Source: an uncultured delta proteobacterium (GTDB lineage Bacteria > Myxococcota > Kuafuiibacteriia > Kuafuiibacteriales > Kuafuiibacteriaceae). From it: a DNA stretch of 64,000 bases. Below, in pieces: positions 1 to 11,088 of the stretch. The notes beneath the pieces are model-generated. The model saw only the letters and a list, made by a program, of their open reading frames with translations, ran no database searches and was not told the DNA's origin. The translations under genes were made by a program, and so were the position numbers. How positions within the stretch are numbered: position 1 is the stretch's first letter; every line of letters starts with the position of its first letter. The DNA is taken from assembly GCA_963803435.1 (NCBI GenBank), contig CAWDML010000009.1, positions 1,664,001-1,728,000 on the forward strand. The letters run 5' to 3'.

Positions 1-2034
1 GTCGACTCGCGGGCGGAGCTGGACGCACTGTTCTCCCGCGGGCCCAGCGTCACGGCAGGCGCGCCGACCGAGGCCAAGTTCCTGATCGATCGCGACGACG
101 GCAGCATCTACTTCATCCCGCCGAAGTACAAATTCCACGTCGAGTTCTACCACGAGGTGCTCAATGGGCCGCTCGACGACGACGAGTTCGACCGGCACGC
201 CTACAACCGGCCGGACCGCGACTTCATCCCCGGCACCGTGACGGCCTACGACAGCTACCTCGACCCGGTCACGAACAAGAAGGGCGCCATCTGCTACAGC
301 TACTGGCCCACCGATCACTTCGACCCAAAGCTCCTGAAGGAGACGCACGAGGCCGTGCAGAAGGCGCTCGGCTTCCTCGGTCCGGACGAGAGGCTCTTCT
401 TCCGTGCGGGCGGCCCGATCCAGGAGCGGATCCTCGAGCGAGACGCCGGGCCCATCGCCGCCGCCGGGATCGACGTGAAGACCAACCTCGAGATCTCGAA
501 GGGCTTGAAGTACATGACCCTCAGCGAGGGCGAGGCGAAGGGCCGACTCCGGATGATCGAGAAGGGCGCGGCGATGCCGCGGCTCGATCGGTCGGACGTC
601 GCGCTCTTCCTCGGCGACGTGCCGCCGACCGCGCCCCCGGTGGCCGCGATCTTCACGACCCAGGTGCAGACGTACAACTCGCATCTCGGCATCGTGTACC
701 GCCAGGAAGACACGCCGTACTTCTACAAGTCATACACGGACCAGGAGCTCGAGGCTCTGCGTGCGCTCGACGGCCAGTTCGTCTCGGTGAAGACGACGGA
801 GAAGGACAGCACGGTCGACCCCACGACCGAGGCGGAGGCCGAGAAGTATCTCGACGAGATCAAGCCGAAGGACGCGGTGAAGCTCAAGCCGAACCTCGAC
901 GAGAACCGCGCGCGGCCGTACTCGGAGCTGGTGGCGATGTCGGTCGGTCCCGACGGCAAGTGGAACCAAGCGACGCTCGCGGCCTATGGGCGCAAGGTGA
1001 TGGGCGCAGTCCAGCTCGCACACCTCTACGAGACGGGCCAGCTCGCCGTCTCCGAACCGGAAGAGCCAGAGGTGGTGGCACCGGTCGAGCCGTTCGGAAT
1101 CCCCGCAAACTGGTACACGCGCTTCATGCGAACGGCCAGGGATGAGAACGGCCAGACCTTCTCGACCCGCATCGCGGAGCTGCGGACCGATCCTCGGTTC
1201 AGGGACAAGAACTTCAAGGACTGGAAAGCGGACGAGCTGGAGAAGCTTCGCGACGCCATCTCGAACGCGAAGATGCCGGACGAGCTGCTCAACGACATCC
1301 ACGACCAGGTGGCGGTGCCGTACCTCGAAACCCATCCCGACGCGGACAGCGTGCGGATCCGCTCCTCCGTCCCCGTGGTGGAGGACGGCAACGCGGGCGC
1401 GAAGCTCCCCAACATGGCGGGTGCCTTCGACTCGCACACGGCGGACTGGAACCTGCGCGGGAGCGCGACCGCGATCGCGAAGCGGGCTACGCGTGAGATC
1501 GCAGAGACGCTCCAGGAGGTCTACGCCTCGGTCTGGAACGATCGTGCGGTCAGCGAGCTCGAATGGCACAACGTCGAGCTGGTCGAGGATCAGCTGGCGA
1601 TGGCCGTCCTGGTGATGCCGAACGAGGAGAAGGAGAAGGCGAACGGTGTGCTCCGCGTGAACGAGGATCTCGCCGGTTTCTTCTCCATCACGGGGGAGAC
1701 CCAGTTCGGCGAGAACCTGGTCACGAACCCGGAGGGCGGCGCCTCCCCGGACACCTGGATCGACGGCAACTACGACATCCTGAACGGCGAGGTGCGGCAG
1801 GACATCGAATACGAGCGGCTCAGCAACCTCGTCCCGGACAATCCCGATCCCACGCGCGAGCACGCGCTCACCGACGCGGAGATCCACGCGGCCTACAAGG
1901 CGATGCAGGTGATCAACACGCACTTCGCCAAGCTCGAAGGCAAACCTGCGAAGACGTACCAGGACGAGTGCGAGATCAAGATTACCAGCGCGGCCAAGCT
2001 CCAGTTCAAGCAGGAGCGCGCCTGGGTCGAGTGA
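1..2034 (+). CDS. PEP/pyruvate-binding (PPDK/PEP-synthase N-terminal ATP-grasp-like) domain protein, 5'-truncated by the window edge
   Basis: Frame is open from base 1 (VDSRAELDALF...). Motifs VRIRSS..ED..NMAGAFDS, ASVWNDRA, MAVLV, GENLV and a C-terminal E.K...Q.R match PPDK_N. No phospho-His swivel domain follows. Confidence 0.7.
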   Translation, partial: VDSRAELDALFSRGPSVTAGAPTEAKFLIDRDDGSIYFIPPKYKFHVEFYHEVLNGPLDDDEFDRHAYNRPDRDFIPGTVTAYDSYLDPVTNKKGAICYSYWPTDHFDPKLLKETHEAVQKALGFLGPDERLFFRAGGPIQERILERDAGPIAAAGIDVKTNLEISKGLKYMTLSEGEAKGRLRMIEKGAAMPRLDRSDVALFLGDVPPTAPPVAAIFTTQVQTYNSHLGIVYRQEDTPYFYKSYTDQELEALRALDGQFVSVKTTEKDSTVDPTTEAEAEKYLDEIKPKDAVKLKPNLDENRARPYSELVAMSVGPDGKWNQATLAAYGRKVMGAVQLAHLYETGQLAVSEPEEPEVVAPVEPFGIPANWYTRFMRTARDENGQTFSTRIAELRTDPRFRDKNFKDWKADELEKLRDAISNAKMPDELLNDIHDQVAVPYLETHPDADSVRIRSSVPVVEDGNAGAKLPNMAGAFDSHTADWNLRGSATAIAKRATREIAETLQEVYASVWNDRAVSELEWHNVELVEDQLAMAVLVMPNEEKEKANGVLRVNEDLAGFFSITGETQFGENLVTNPEGGASPDTWIDGNYDILNGEVRQDIEYERLSNLVPDNPDPTREHALTDAEIHAAYKAMQVINTHFAKLEGKPAKTYQDECEIKITSAAKLQFKQERAWVE

Positions 2035-2061
2035 TCCGACAGCCGGCGGCGAGACCTCGCC

Positions 2062-3394
2062 TCACGGACAGCCCTGCGAGCTCCGGTTCCGGTCACCCCA
2101 GCCGCCGTGCAGCGCCCTGATGTTCCGCGCCGTCTCGGCACCCAGCTCCGTGGCCAGCGACTGCTCCAGGCGGTCGCCCTCGCTCGTCAGCGCGCGGAAG
2201 AGCCGCTCCACCGGGGTGGTGGCCTCGGCGGGCGGCGTCATGCCGGCGCGCTCGCGGGCCAGGCGCTGAAAGACGCGCTGCAGCTCTGCCTCGGTGGTCT
2301 TGTCGCGGACCTCTGCGAACATGGCTTCGGGCGCCAGGCTGCCGGTGTTCTCGTCGCCGGTGACACGGGTGTACGTGCTCCGGATCTCGGCGATGATGCG
2401 CGCCTGGCTCTCGGCCATCTTTCGATCGATCACCTCGCGCTCGGATTCGGAGAGCTCGAGCTTCTCCAGATCGCCCGTCGGGATCGACGGCGGGTTCGGG
2501 CCGAGCGGCGTCGTGTCCCAGCGGAGCTCGCAGCGCTCGGCCATCTTGGTGAGCTCGGCCGGCGCCGGATCGTAGAACGGAGTGTCGTCGGCACCGCTCT
2601 TCGCCCGCGCCAGCGCCTCCTTCAGCGCGGCGACCTGCTCGACCAGCGCCGCCTTTTCTTTGGAGAGGACGGCCACCTGTTCGGGGAGCGCGATCGGATC
2701 GGCCGAGCCGGCGACCTCGGCCGCCCCGCCGCGGGCAGGCGCCGGGGCCCGCGAGGACGCGGCCACCCCGCGCGGAATCCGCCGTCTTGACCGGTGGGCG
2801 CCCGGCGGCGAGCTCTGCCCGCTCGCCGGCCTCCACCGCCAGCGTGCCCTCCGGGGTCGCCGTCGCCACCCTGCCCTCGTACACGGTCACCAGCACGGTG
2901 CTCGCGATCAGCGCGCCCGCCGCCGCCCCCAGCGCCGCCGAGATCTTCTGACTGCTCTCCATCTCCATCACCTCCACCCGGAAGCACGTTCCGAGGACCT
3001 CGATGGTTCCCAGCGGGGTGTGGACGACGAACGGTCCGCCGCGATCCACGCGATAGAACACGTCACCCGCCGCTTGCTCGACGTCCGTCTCGGCGGTCGG
3101 CGCGCGATAGGTGAGCCGCGCTCCGCGCTCCATCACCGCGACCGCGCGGGTCGCGATCGGCACGGTGATTCGCTTCGAAGCCACAAAGTCGCCGTGGCGC
3201 GGCGCGCTCCGGATCAGCGACGCGCCCAGCACCATGCCGATCGCGCCGACTGCGACGGCGAGGCCGACCAAGAACGCACGGCGCCGCCGCTCTTCCGCGG
3301 CCAGCCGCGCGAGCACGGGTCCGGAGACATCCGGTCCCTCGCCCGCCCGAAACGCGTCTAGCGCGCGGCGCTCCGCCTCGGTCCACTCATCCAT
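2062..3394 (-). CDS. FecR-like anti-sigma factor / membrane sensor (single +1 frameshift at ~2776)
   Basis: ATG at 3394 overlaps the sigma factor stop. One TM (AFLVGLAVAVGAIGMVLG), then FecR-like motifs GDVFYRV, PFVVHTP.GTIEVLGTCFRV, VTVYEGRV. Removing one A of GAATC (2775-2779) joins ORFs 2093..3448 and 2062..2766. Confidence 0.75.
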
Positions 3395-3945
3395 GGTGTC
3401 GATCCTCTTCGTCTTCGCCGAGGGCAGACCTGAGCACGGCCCGCGCACGGGACAGCCGCGACTTGACGGTCCCGATCTCGAGGTCGAGCGCCCTCGCGAT
3501 CTCGGGATAATCGAGGTCGTGATACGCGCGCAGCACCAGCACCGCGCGCTGGTCGTCGTCGAGCGCCGCCATCGCCTGCCTCACCCGACGCTCCAGCTCG
3601 CGGGCGCCGAGGAGCGCTTCAGGTCCGTCGACGGCCGGCGGCTCCGAGGGCGGCGGAGGGGATCCGGGCGTGCTTGCGGAGCGCGTCGATGCCGGTCCGA
3701 GCGGCAATCGTCAGCACCCACGACGAGAGCTTGGCCGGCCCGGCGGGATCGAAGCGGGGGAGGCCCTGGAGCGCCTTGAGCAGGCTGTCCTGCAGGAGGT
3801 CCTCGACCAGCTCGGGGCAGGCGACCAGCAGGCGCGCGAGCAGCTGGAAGACGCGCCCCTGATAGCAGCGTACGAAGTCGCCCTGGGCGCTCCAATCGCC
3901 GCGCTTCGCCCGCGCGAGCGTCAGGTCGTCGAGCTCCTCCCGCAC
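3387..3945 (-). CDS. ECF sigma-70 factor (single +1 frameshift at ~3660)
   Basis: Region 2 (VEDLLQDSLLKA, LSSWVLTIAAR) is in ORF 3619..4035 and region 4 (LDYPEIARALDLEIGTVKSRLSRAR) in ORF 3387..3707. They join by deleting one G in GGGGATCC. Start is uncertain (GTG 3945 or upstream). Confidence 0.85.
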
Positions 3946-4039
3946 CGTTCGCTCCCGCCGCCGCCGATCCTGGACCGCGAGCACGTCTGTTACACGACCC
4001 CGCCGGTCGCCGGTTCCCGCCCTGCTTTTTTCCAAGCAA

Positions 4040-4080
4040 CGTTCTCAATCGCCGCTCGATAACTACATTAGATCACATTT
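4040..4080. promoter_or_regulatory. AT-rich regulatory patch: Fur-box-like half site and CRP-like half site
   Basis: CGTTCTCAATCGC (4040-4052) is identical to 17596-17608 in the Fur box. TAGATCACATTT (4069-4080) equals the right half of the symmetric CRP consensus. Confidence 0.35.
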
Positions 4081-4233
4081 AGCAGGGACCTCCGCGGGTC
4101 GCTTGCACGATCGAAAACAAACCTGTCGCAAGACGGTGCATGGCAAGCAGCGAGGGTCGGGTGGCCGAGAGGTTGCCCGGCCCATTTTTCTGTCCGCGTA
4201 ACTCCGTCGCGCCCGCCGGCGTAGCATCGCTCG

Positions 4234-5172
4234 ATGCACGCGGTTCTGCTCGCCCTCATGTTGAACACCCCGGCCGCCCCCAAGGAGCTCGGCGACGTGA
4301 AGTGGCTCCGCAACTTCGACACCGCCCAGGCCCAGGCGAAGAAGGCCGGCAAACCAATCCTGATCCTCTTCGACGAGGTCCCCGGCTGCCAGACCTGCAG
4401 CCACTACGGTCAGTCGGTGCTCTCCCACCCGCTGCTGGTCGAGGCCGCCGAGACCGAGTTCGTGCCGCTCGCAATCTACAACAACACGCCGGGCCACGAT
4501 CGCTCGGTGCTCGAGCGCTACCGCGAGCCCAGCTGGAACAACCCGGTGGTCCGGATCGTCGACAGCGCCGGTGAGCCCGTGGTCGAGCGCCTCAACGGCG
4601 ACTACTCCCAGCACGGCCTCGCCCGCACCATGGTCGCCGCGCTCGAGAAGGCCGGCCGTCCCGTCCCGGCGTATCTCTCGATCCTGGAGGAGGAGCTCCG
4701 CCCCCAGGTCGATCGCGCGGTGTTCTCGATGTACTGCTTCTGGTCCGGCGAGATGTGCCTCGGCGACGTGGACGGTGTGGTCGGCACCCGCACCGGCTAC
4801 GCCAGCGGCAAGGAGGTCGTCGAGGTCACCTACGATCCGGCGCGCCTGTCGCGCGACGATCTGGTGCGAGTCGTGACCCAGCGCCAGTGCGGCAAGCTCG
4901 AGGCCGCACCTTCGTTCCGCTTCTCCGAGACCGACGACAAGTACCAGCTCCGCCACACGCCCTGGGCGTTCGTCCCCATGACCGCGCTGCAGGCCAGCCG
5001 CGCCAACGCGCTCATCGGCAAGGGCAGCGATCCCAGCCCGGTCTTCTCCTCGAGGCAACGCGCGATCTTCCGGGCCGCCAGCCAGAAGCCCGACGCCGGC
5101 TGGGCGGTGGCGATCGGCGCGGACGATCTCCGCTCGGCCTTCATCGCGGCCGCGGAGCGGACCGGGAGCTGA
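4234..5172 (+). CDS. VPGUxxT-family thioredoxin-like protein (Cys form) with MsrA-like domain, secreted
   Basis: Signal peptide, KPILILFDEVPGCQTC (CxxC), EPSWNNPVVR, then MsrA-like MYCFWSGE...GVVGTRTGY...EVVEVTYDP. Confidence 0.75.
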   Translation: MHAVLLALMLNTPAAPKELGDVKWLRNFDTAQAQAKKAGKPILILFDEVPGCQTCSHYGQSVLSHPLLVEAAETEFVPLAIYNNTPGHDRSVLERYREPSWNNPVVRIVDSAGEPVVERLNGDYSQHGLARTMVAALEKAGRPVPAYLSILEEELRPQVDRAVFSMYCFWSGEMCLGDVDGVVGTRTGYASGKEVVEVTYDPARLSRDDLVRVVTQRQCGKLEAAPSFRFSETDDKYQLRHTPWAFVPMTALQASRANALIGKGSDPSPVFSSRQRAIFRAASQKPDAGWAVAIGADDLRSAFIAAAERTGS

Positions 5173-5746
5173 TATCATCCGCTCTGAATGTTCTCTTCCC
5201 GATACGAGGCGGCGCTGGCGCTGGCGGCCCGGCGCCATGACGGCCAGCGACGGAAGGGCGGCGACCTCCCCTACCTGACGCACCTGGTCCACGTGGGCCG
5301 GCTCCTGGAGCCCTACGGTGAGGACGCGGTGCTGGCCGGCCTGCTTCACGACCTGCTGGAGGACACCTGCCAATCCGCCGAGGAGCTGCGCGACGTCTCG
5401 CAGGCGATCGGCGAGAGCTTCGGCGCCGACGTGCTCGCCGCCGTCCAGTCGGTCTCCGAGGAGAAGCTGTCCGCGGACGGCACCAAGATCCCCTGGCGCG
5501 CCCGCAAGGAGCGCTACGTCGCGCACCTCTCGGTCGCTCCTCTGCTCGCGCTCCGGGTCTCGGCCGCCGACAAGATCCACAACGTCGCCACCTTGAACCT
5601 CGAGCTCGAGGCCAAGGGGCCGACCGTCTGGCAGCGCTTCCGGGCGTCGGCCGACGAGTCGATCTGGTTCTACGAGAGCGTCCGCGACGCGCTGGCCCGG
5701 CGGCTGGGTGAGGAGGATGCGCTCGTCCTCGAGCTGACGAGGCAGG

Positions 5747-6195
<449 letters not shown>

Positions 6196-6196
<1 letters not shown>

Positions 6197-8914
6197 CAAC
6201 TCCTCACGCGTGCGGGCACTGCTGCGGCGGAGGTCGACGGCGCCGGCTGGGGGAGCAGCGACCGGGAGACGCGGACGTTCTCCAGCGCGGTCGACTCGAG
6301 GACCCGGAGGCAGGCCTCGTAGACGCCCTCGCCGTCGATGTGATGGTACCCGTAGACGTCGACCGGTCGGCCCGACTTGGAGGCCTTGCGCACGCCGAGC
6401 GTCTCGCTCTTCACGCCGACGATGCTGCCCACGTTGTCGATGATGCCCGGCTCGCCGTCGACGAGCGCCACGATCGGTACGCGACGTCCCGCCGCCAGGA
6501 CGAGATCGCTGCGATCCGTGATCTCGGCGCCGTGCCCGTTGGGCTCCGTCAGATAGAGATCGCCGTTGATCCCGAGCCCCTCGATCAGATGGCGGTAGCC
6601 GTCCTTGTGTCCGAGGTTGCCGACCAGCAGATCGCCGGAGGTCACCACCACCACGTTCGCGTAGATGCCCTCCGCCTTCAGCCGGTCCGAGGCCGCCAGC
6701 GCCTCGGAGCCCATCGCGCCCAGCGAGAGGATGTGGACGACGTTCTCGCCCGGCTCGTAGCCCGGGTAGCCGCGCCAGTCGACGAGGTAGTACGCGCCCG
6801 CCAGCGCGTCGTGCCGCGTGAAGTCGATGATCTGCTCCTCGGTCGCGCTCTCGAAGCGCTTGGCGGTCTGGAGGCGCTCCATCATCTCGGCCTGCTTGAA
6901 CGCGCGGGTCACGGCCCGGATGATCACGCCGGTGCGGCCCTCGTTGTCGTTCTGGTAGTGACGGCGGACCGCGTCGGAGAGGATCCAGTCCATCTCGACG
7001 CCGAAGAAGGGCTCCCAGATGATCACGTTCGGCATCTGGATGTCGCTCTTCCAGGAGTGCTGCGCGCCCTCGGGCGCCAGCGTCACGCCCGAAGGGGTGC
7101 CGACGCAGATGAAGCTCGAGGCCCAGTAGAGGTTGTAGTAGAGCTGATCGAACGCGCGTTTGATGAAGAAGTCGTAGATCGTCATGATCGGGAGGAACGG
7201 GACCCCGTAGTACTCCCATCTTCCCGAACGCGCCCACCGCGCTCATGCAGTTGGCCTCCGCGATCTCGAATCGGATGTGGCGCGTCCAGGCCTCCTCGTG
7301 CGGCGCGAGCTGGGGACGGCGACGGTCGCGGACGCCCAGCTCCTCCTCGTAGTCCTCCTGTGCGGGACCGTAGATGCGGTCGTCCATCGCGGGGTTGATG
7401 TTGGTGGAGGTGCCGACGTCGGGCGCCATCGTCAGGACCAGCTCGGCGGCCGGACCCCAGCGGCGCTCGTCGCCCTCGAGCGCGCCGGCCTCCTTCTCGC
7501 CGTGACGGATCATCTCGTAGTCGGTGCCGATGCGGATCAGCTTCGCGGCGAGCTGGCCCCAGATGCACTGCGTGTGCACCAGCGGCAGGTACTTGAGGTT
7601 GAGCCCGAGCGTCTCCGGCAGCCCCTCCGACACGGCGCCCTGGAAGCGGGTCCGGTTGGCGTCGGCGAGCGCCCACAGCTGCTCCTGGCCCTGGCGGAGC
7701 GTCTGCTTCCGCGCCTCCAGGAACTTGCCGTGCGGGCTCTCGGGATCGAAGAGCGCGAAGGGATCGTCCTTGCCGAGGCCCTCCTTCGCGAGCAGCTCGT
7801 CCACCTCCTCGACCGGCGGGAGCGCGTTGTGGTTGCCGGGCGCCGCGTAGCTGGAGAGCCCCCAACCCTTGATCGTGTGCGCGACGACGAGCGTGGGGTT
7901 GATCGGATCGAGCTTCGAGCGCCGGAGGGCGTCGAGCATGATCGCGATGTCGTGACCGCCCAGATCGGCGAAGATCGCGTAGACCTCGTCGTCGGTGTAG
8001 CGCGAGAGCGTGCGCTCGATCCGCTTGTCGAGGCTGACCAGGCGCTCGCGACAGATGCTGCCGTCCTTCTTGAGCAGCATCACCTGGAACTCGAAGTCGG
8101 AGAACGCGTTCTCGAGGAGGTCGCGCAGGCGATCGCCGTGGACCTGCTCGAAGGCCGCCAGCCGCTTGCGGCCGTGGCGACACTGGATCACGTCCCAGCC
8201 ATTGGCCACCGCGACGCGCTCGATGCGGTCGGCATCGGTGCCGCGGAGCCCGCGCTTGTTGGGGATGCGGGTACCGTCCAGGTTCTGTCGGTTGTAGTCG
8301 ACGATCCAGGTGACGTTGCCGAGCTCGCGCTCCGCGGCGTCCGGCATCGCCTCCATCAGGGAGCCCTCGCGGAACTCGGAGTCGCCCATCAGCGACCAGA
8401 AGTGCGCGTCCTTGGGCAGCTCGATGTGGTGGTCCTTGCCGTACTTGAGGGCCAGCGACATGTACATCGAGACCACCGGCGGGATGCCGACCGAGCCGGA
8501 GGGGAAGTAGATGTTCCCGTCGGGGTCCCACTCCGAGTGATAGCTCTGGAAGACCGGCTCACCGTCCTGCGAGAACTTGCGAAGCCGGGTCATCGCGCCC
8601 TTGGCCTCGTCGATGTCCAGCCAGCGGCGGCCGCGAGGCTCGTGGAAGAAGCCGAGCAGGTGGTTGAGCGAGTGATCGACCGGGGAGCCGTGCGGCTTCA
8701 CCGCGATCCAGTCCTGCGGCTCGCGCACGCCCAGGTGGAGCGCCGACATGATGTGGACGCACGAGGAGCACGCCGCCGGGTGGCCGCCGACCTTCGGGTC
8801 GCCCTCCATCACGTCGTCGCGATGATTCGCGTCGACGATCATCTTCGTGGCGAACACAAAGACCCGGTGGGCAATGCGCTCGATCAGCTCGACCTCTTTC
8901 TCGACCCTGACCAT
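6196..8914 (-). CDS. aceE: Pyruvate dehydrogenase E1, AceE/transketolase-like homodimeric type (frameshift at ~7215)
   Basis: KVGGHPA, TPP motif [12 protein letters not shown]...[29 protein letters not shown]. The C-terminal part ([24 protein letters not shown]) is in ORF 6196..7185. Confidence 0.8.
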
Positions 8915-9023
8915 GATCGACGATCGTTAAGCACACCTGCCGAGCCCGGGCCAGCCCAGCGTACGCCGATCCACGAAAACGCTCGCCTTTTGGCCGGCGG
9001 AACGGTTACCCAGTGAGCTCCGC

Positions 9024-10517
9024 ATGGAGGTCCAGCCCAGCCGAGCGGAGGTGCTGGCCCACGGAGGCCCCGAGACGCACCTCGCGCTCTCGGTCGAGCT
9101 CCTGGCGGATGTCGAGACTCCGATCTCGCTGTACCGCAAGCTCAGCGCGAAAGGTCGTCGCTCGTTCCTCCTCGAGAGCGCCGAGGGCGGCGAGACCTTC
9201 GGCCGCTACTCCTTCATCGGCGTCGATCCGGTGGCCGTGTTCTCGTTCGGCGACCGGAAGGGCGAGATCGTCCGCGACGGCCAGATCGAGCAGGTGACCT
9301 TCGACGACCCTCTGGTCGTCCTCCAGTCGATCGTCTCGCAGTATCGCGTGGCGGCAAGGCCGCACCTCCCCCGCCTCCAGGGCGGCGCTGTCGGCTGGCT
9401 CTCCTACGATGCGGTCCGCTACTTCGAGCCCGCGGCGCGCCCCCGCACCGGCCATGATCTCGAGGGCGGCTTCCTGATCGCGGAGACGATCGCGATCGTC
9501 GATCACCTCCGCCATCGCGTCACGTTCGTGACCCTGATCCCGCTCGACGGCGATCGGGGTCGGCGCTACGACGAAGGCGTCGCGTCGCTGGCGGCGCTCG
9601 TCGATCGCCTGGCCGAGCCGCTGCCGCCCACGCCTCCGTTTTTCCCCAACGCAACCAGGGTCGCAGAGGCCGAGAGCACGATCTCCGACGAGGCCTTTCA
9701 GGAGTCGGTCCGCGCGGCCAAGCGCGCCATCGAGGCCGGCGAGGTCTTCCAGGTCGTCCTCAGCCGCAAGCTGGTCGCGCGGGTGTCGCTGTCTTCCTTC
9801 GAGCTCTACCGCGCGCTCCGTGCGCTCAACCCGTCGCCGTACATGTTCCACCTCGACCTCGGCGATCGGGCCATCGTGGGAGCGTCGCCGGAGGTCCTGG
9901 TCCGGGTGGATCAAGACGGCGTGCTGCTCCGTCCCATCGCGGGGACGCGGCGCCGCGGGCGCGACGCGGCGGAGGACCTGGATCTCGAGCGCGATCTCCT
10001 CGCCGACGAGAAGGAGCTGGCCGAGCACCGCATGCTGGTCGACCTGGGCCGAAACGACGTGGGACGGATCGCCGAGCCGGGCACGGTGGTGCTGGACCGG
10101 CCTCTCCACGTCGAGCGCTACTCGCACGTCATGCACATCGTCTCCGACGTCCGGGGCCGCCTGCGCACCGGGCTCGACGCCTTCGACACCTTTCGCGCCT
10201 GCTTCCCGGCGGGCACGGTCTCGGGTGCGCCCAAGATCCGCGCGATGGAGCTGATCGGTCGGCTCGAGACAGAGCCGCGCGGACCCTACGCGGGCTCGGT
10301 GGGCTACTTCGACTTCTCGGGGAACATGGACACCTGCATCGCGATCCGCACGATGGTGGTCCACCCGGATCGGGTCGAGATCCAGGCCGGTGCCGGGATC
10401 GTCTACGACTCGGATCCGAAGACCGAGCTCGAGGAGACCAACAACAAGGCGAAGGGCCCGCTCACCGCGCTGGCGATCGCCGAGGAGCTCTCGCATGCCG
10501 GTGCTCATCGTCGATAA
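9024..10517 (+). CDS. trpE: Anthranilate synthase component I
   Basis: FLLESAEGGE..GRYS, GEVFQVVLS, NPSPYM, PIAGTR, AEHRMLVDLGRND, FPAGTVSGAPKIRAM. Confidence 0.95.
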   Translation: MEVQPSRAEVLAHGGPETHLALSVELLADVETPISLYRKLSAKGRRSFLLESAEGGETFGRYSFIGVDPVAVFSFGDRKGEIVRDGQIEQVTFDDPLVVLQSIVSQYRVAARPHLPRLQGGAVGWLSYDAVRYFEPAARPRTGHDLEGGFLIAETIAIVDHLRHRVTFVTLIPLDGDRGRRYDEGVASLAALVDRLAEPLPPTPPFFPNATRVAEAESTISDEAFQESVRAAKRAIEAGEVFQVVLSRKLVARVSLSSFELYRALRALNPSPYMFHLDLGDRAIVGASPEVLVRVDQDGVLLRPIAGTRRRGRDAAEDLDLERDLLADEKELAEHRMLVDLGRNDVGRIAEPGTVVLDRPLHVERYSHVMHIVSDVRGRLRTGLDAFDTFRACFPAGTVSGAPKIRAMELIGRLETEPRGPYAGSVGYFDFSGNMDTCIAIRTMVVHPDRVEIQAGAGIVYDSDPKTELEETNNKAKGPLTALAIAEELSHAGAHRR

Positions 10518-11088
10518 TTACGACTCGTTCACCTACAACCTCTTCCAGTACCTCGGTGAGCTCGGCGCCGAAGTGGTGGTGCGGCGGAACGACGAGATCG
10601 ACCTGGCCGGCATCGAGTCGATGGCGCCCTCCCACGTGGTGCTGTCACCCGGTCCGGGCTCGCCGGATCGGGAGCGGGACTTCGGCGTGTGCCGCGAGGT
10701 GGTCCTCCGCCTGGCCCCGCGCGTCCCCACGCTCGGCGTCTGCCTCGGCCACCAGGGCATCATCCATCACCTGGGCGGACGGGTGGTGCGCGCGCCGGCG
10801 ATCGTGCACGGAAAGAGCTCGCGCGTGCGACACGACTCGAGCTTGCTGTTCGCCGGGCTCCCGGAGACGATCGAGGTGATGCGCTATCACTCGCTGATCG
10901 GCGCGAAGGATTCGATCCCCGAGACCCTCGAGATCACGGCCGAGACCGTCACGGACGGGCTCGTGATGGCGGTGCGGCATCGCGAGTGGCCGCTGTACGG
11001 GATCCAGTTTCATCCGGAGAGCATCGGTACACCGACCGGCAAGACGATCCTGAAGAACTTCCTCGAGGGCGCCCACCGTGTACCGTGA
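10495..11088 (+). CDS. trpG: Anthranilate synthase component II (class I GATase)
   Basis: IVDNYDSFTYNL, LSPGPG, GVCLGHQ, RYHSL, QFHPES. ATG at 10495. Confidence 0.95.
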   Translation: MPVLIVDNYDSFTYNLFQYLGELGAEVVVRRNDEIDLAGIESMAPSHVVLSPGPGSPDRERDFGVCREVVLRLAPRVPTLGVCLGHQGIIHHLGGRVVRAPAIVHGKSSRVRHDSSLLFAGLPETIEVMRYHSLIGAKDSIPETLEITAETVTDGLVMAVRHREWPLYGIQFHPESIGTPTGKTILKNFLEGAHRVP

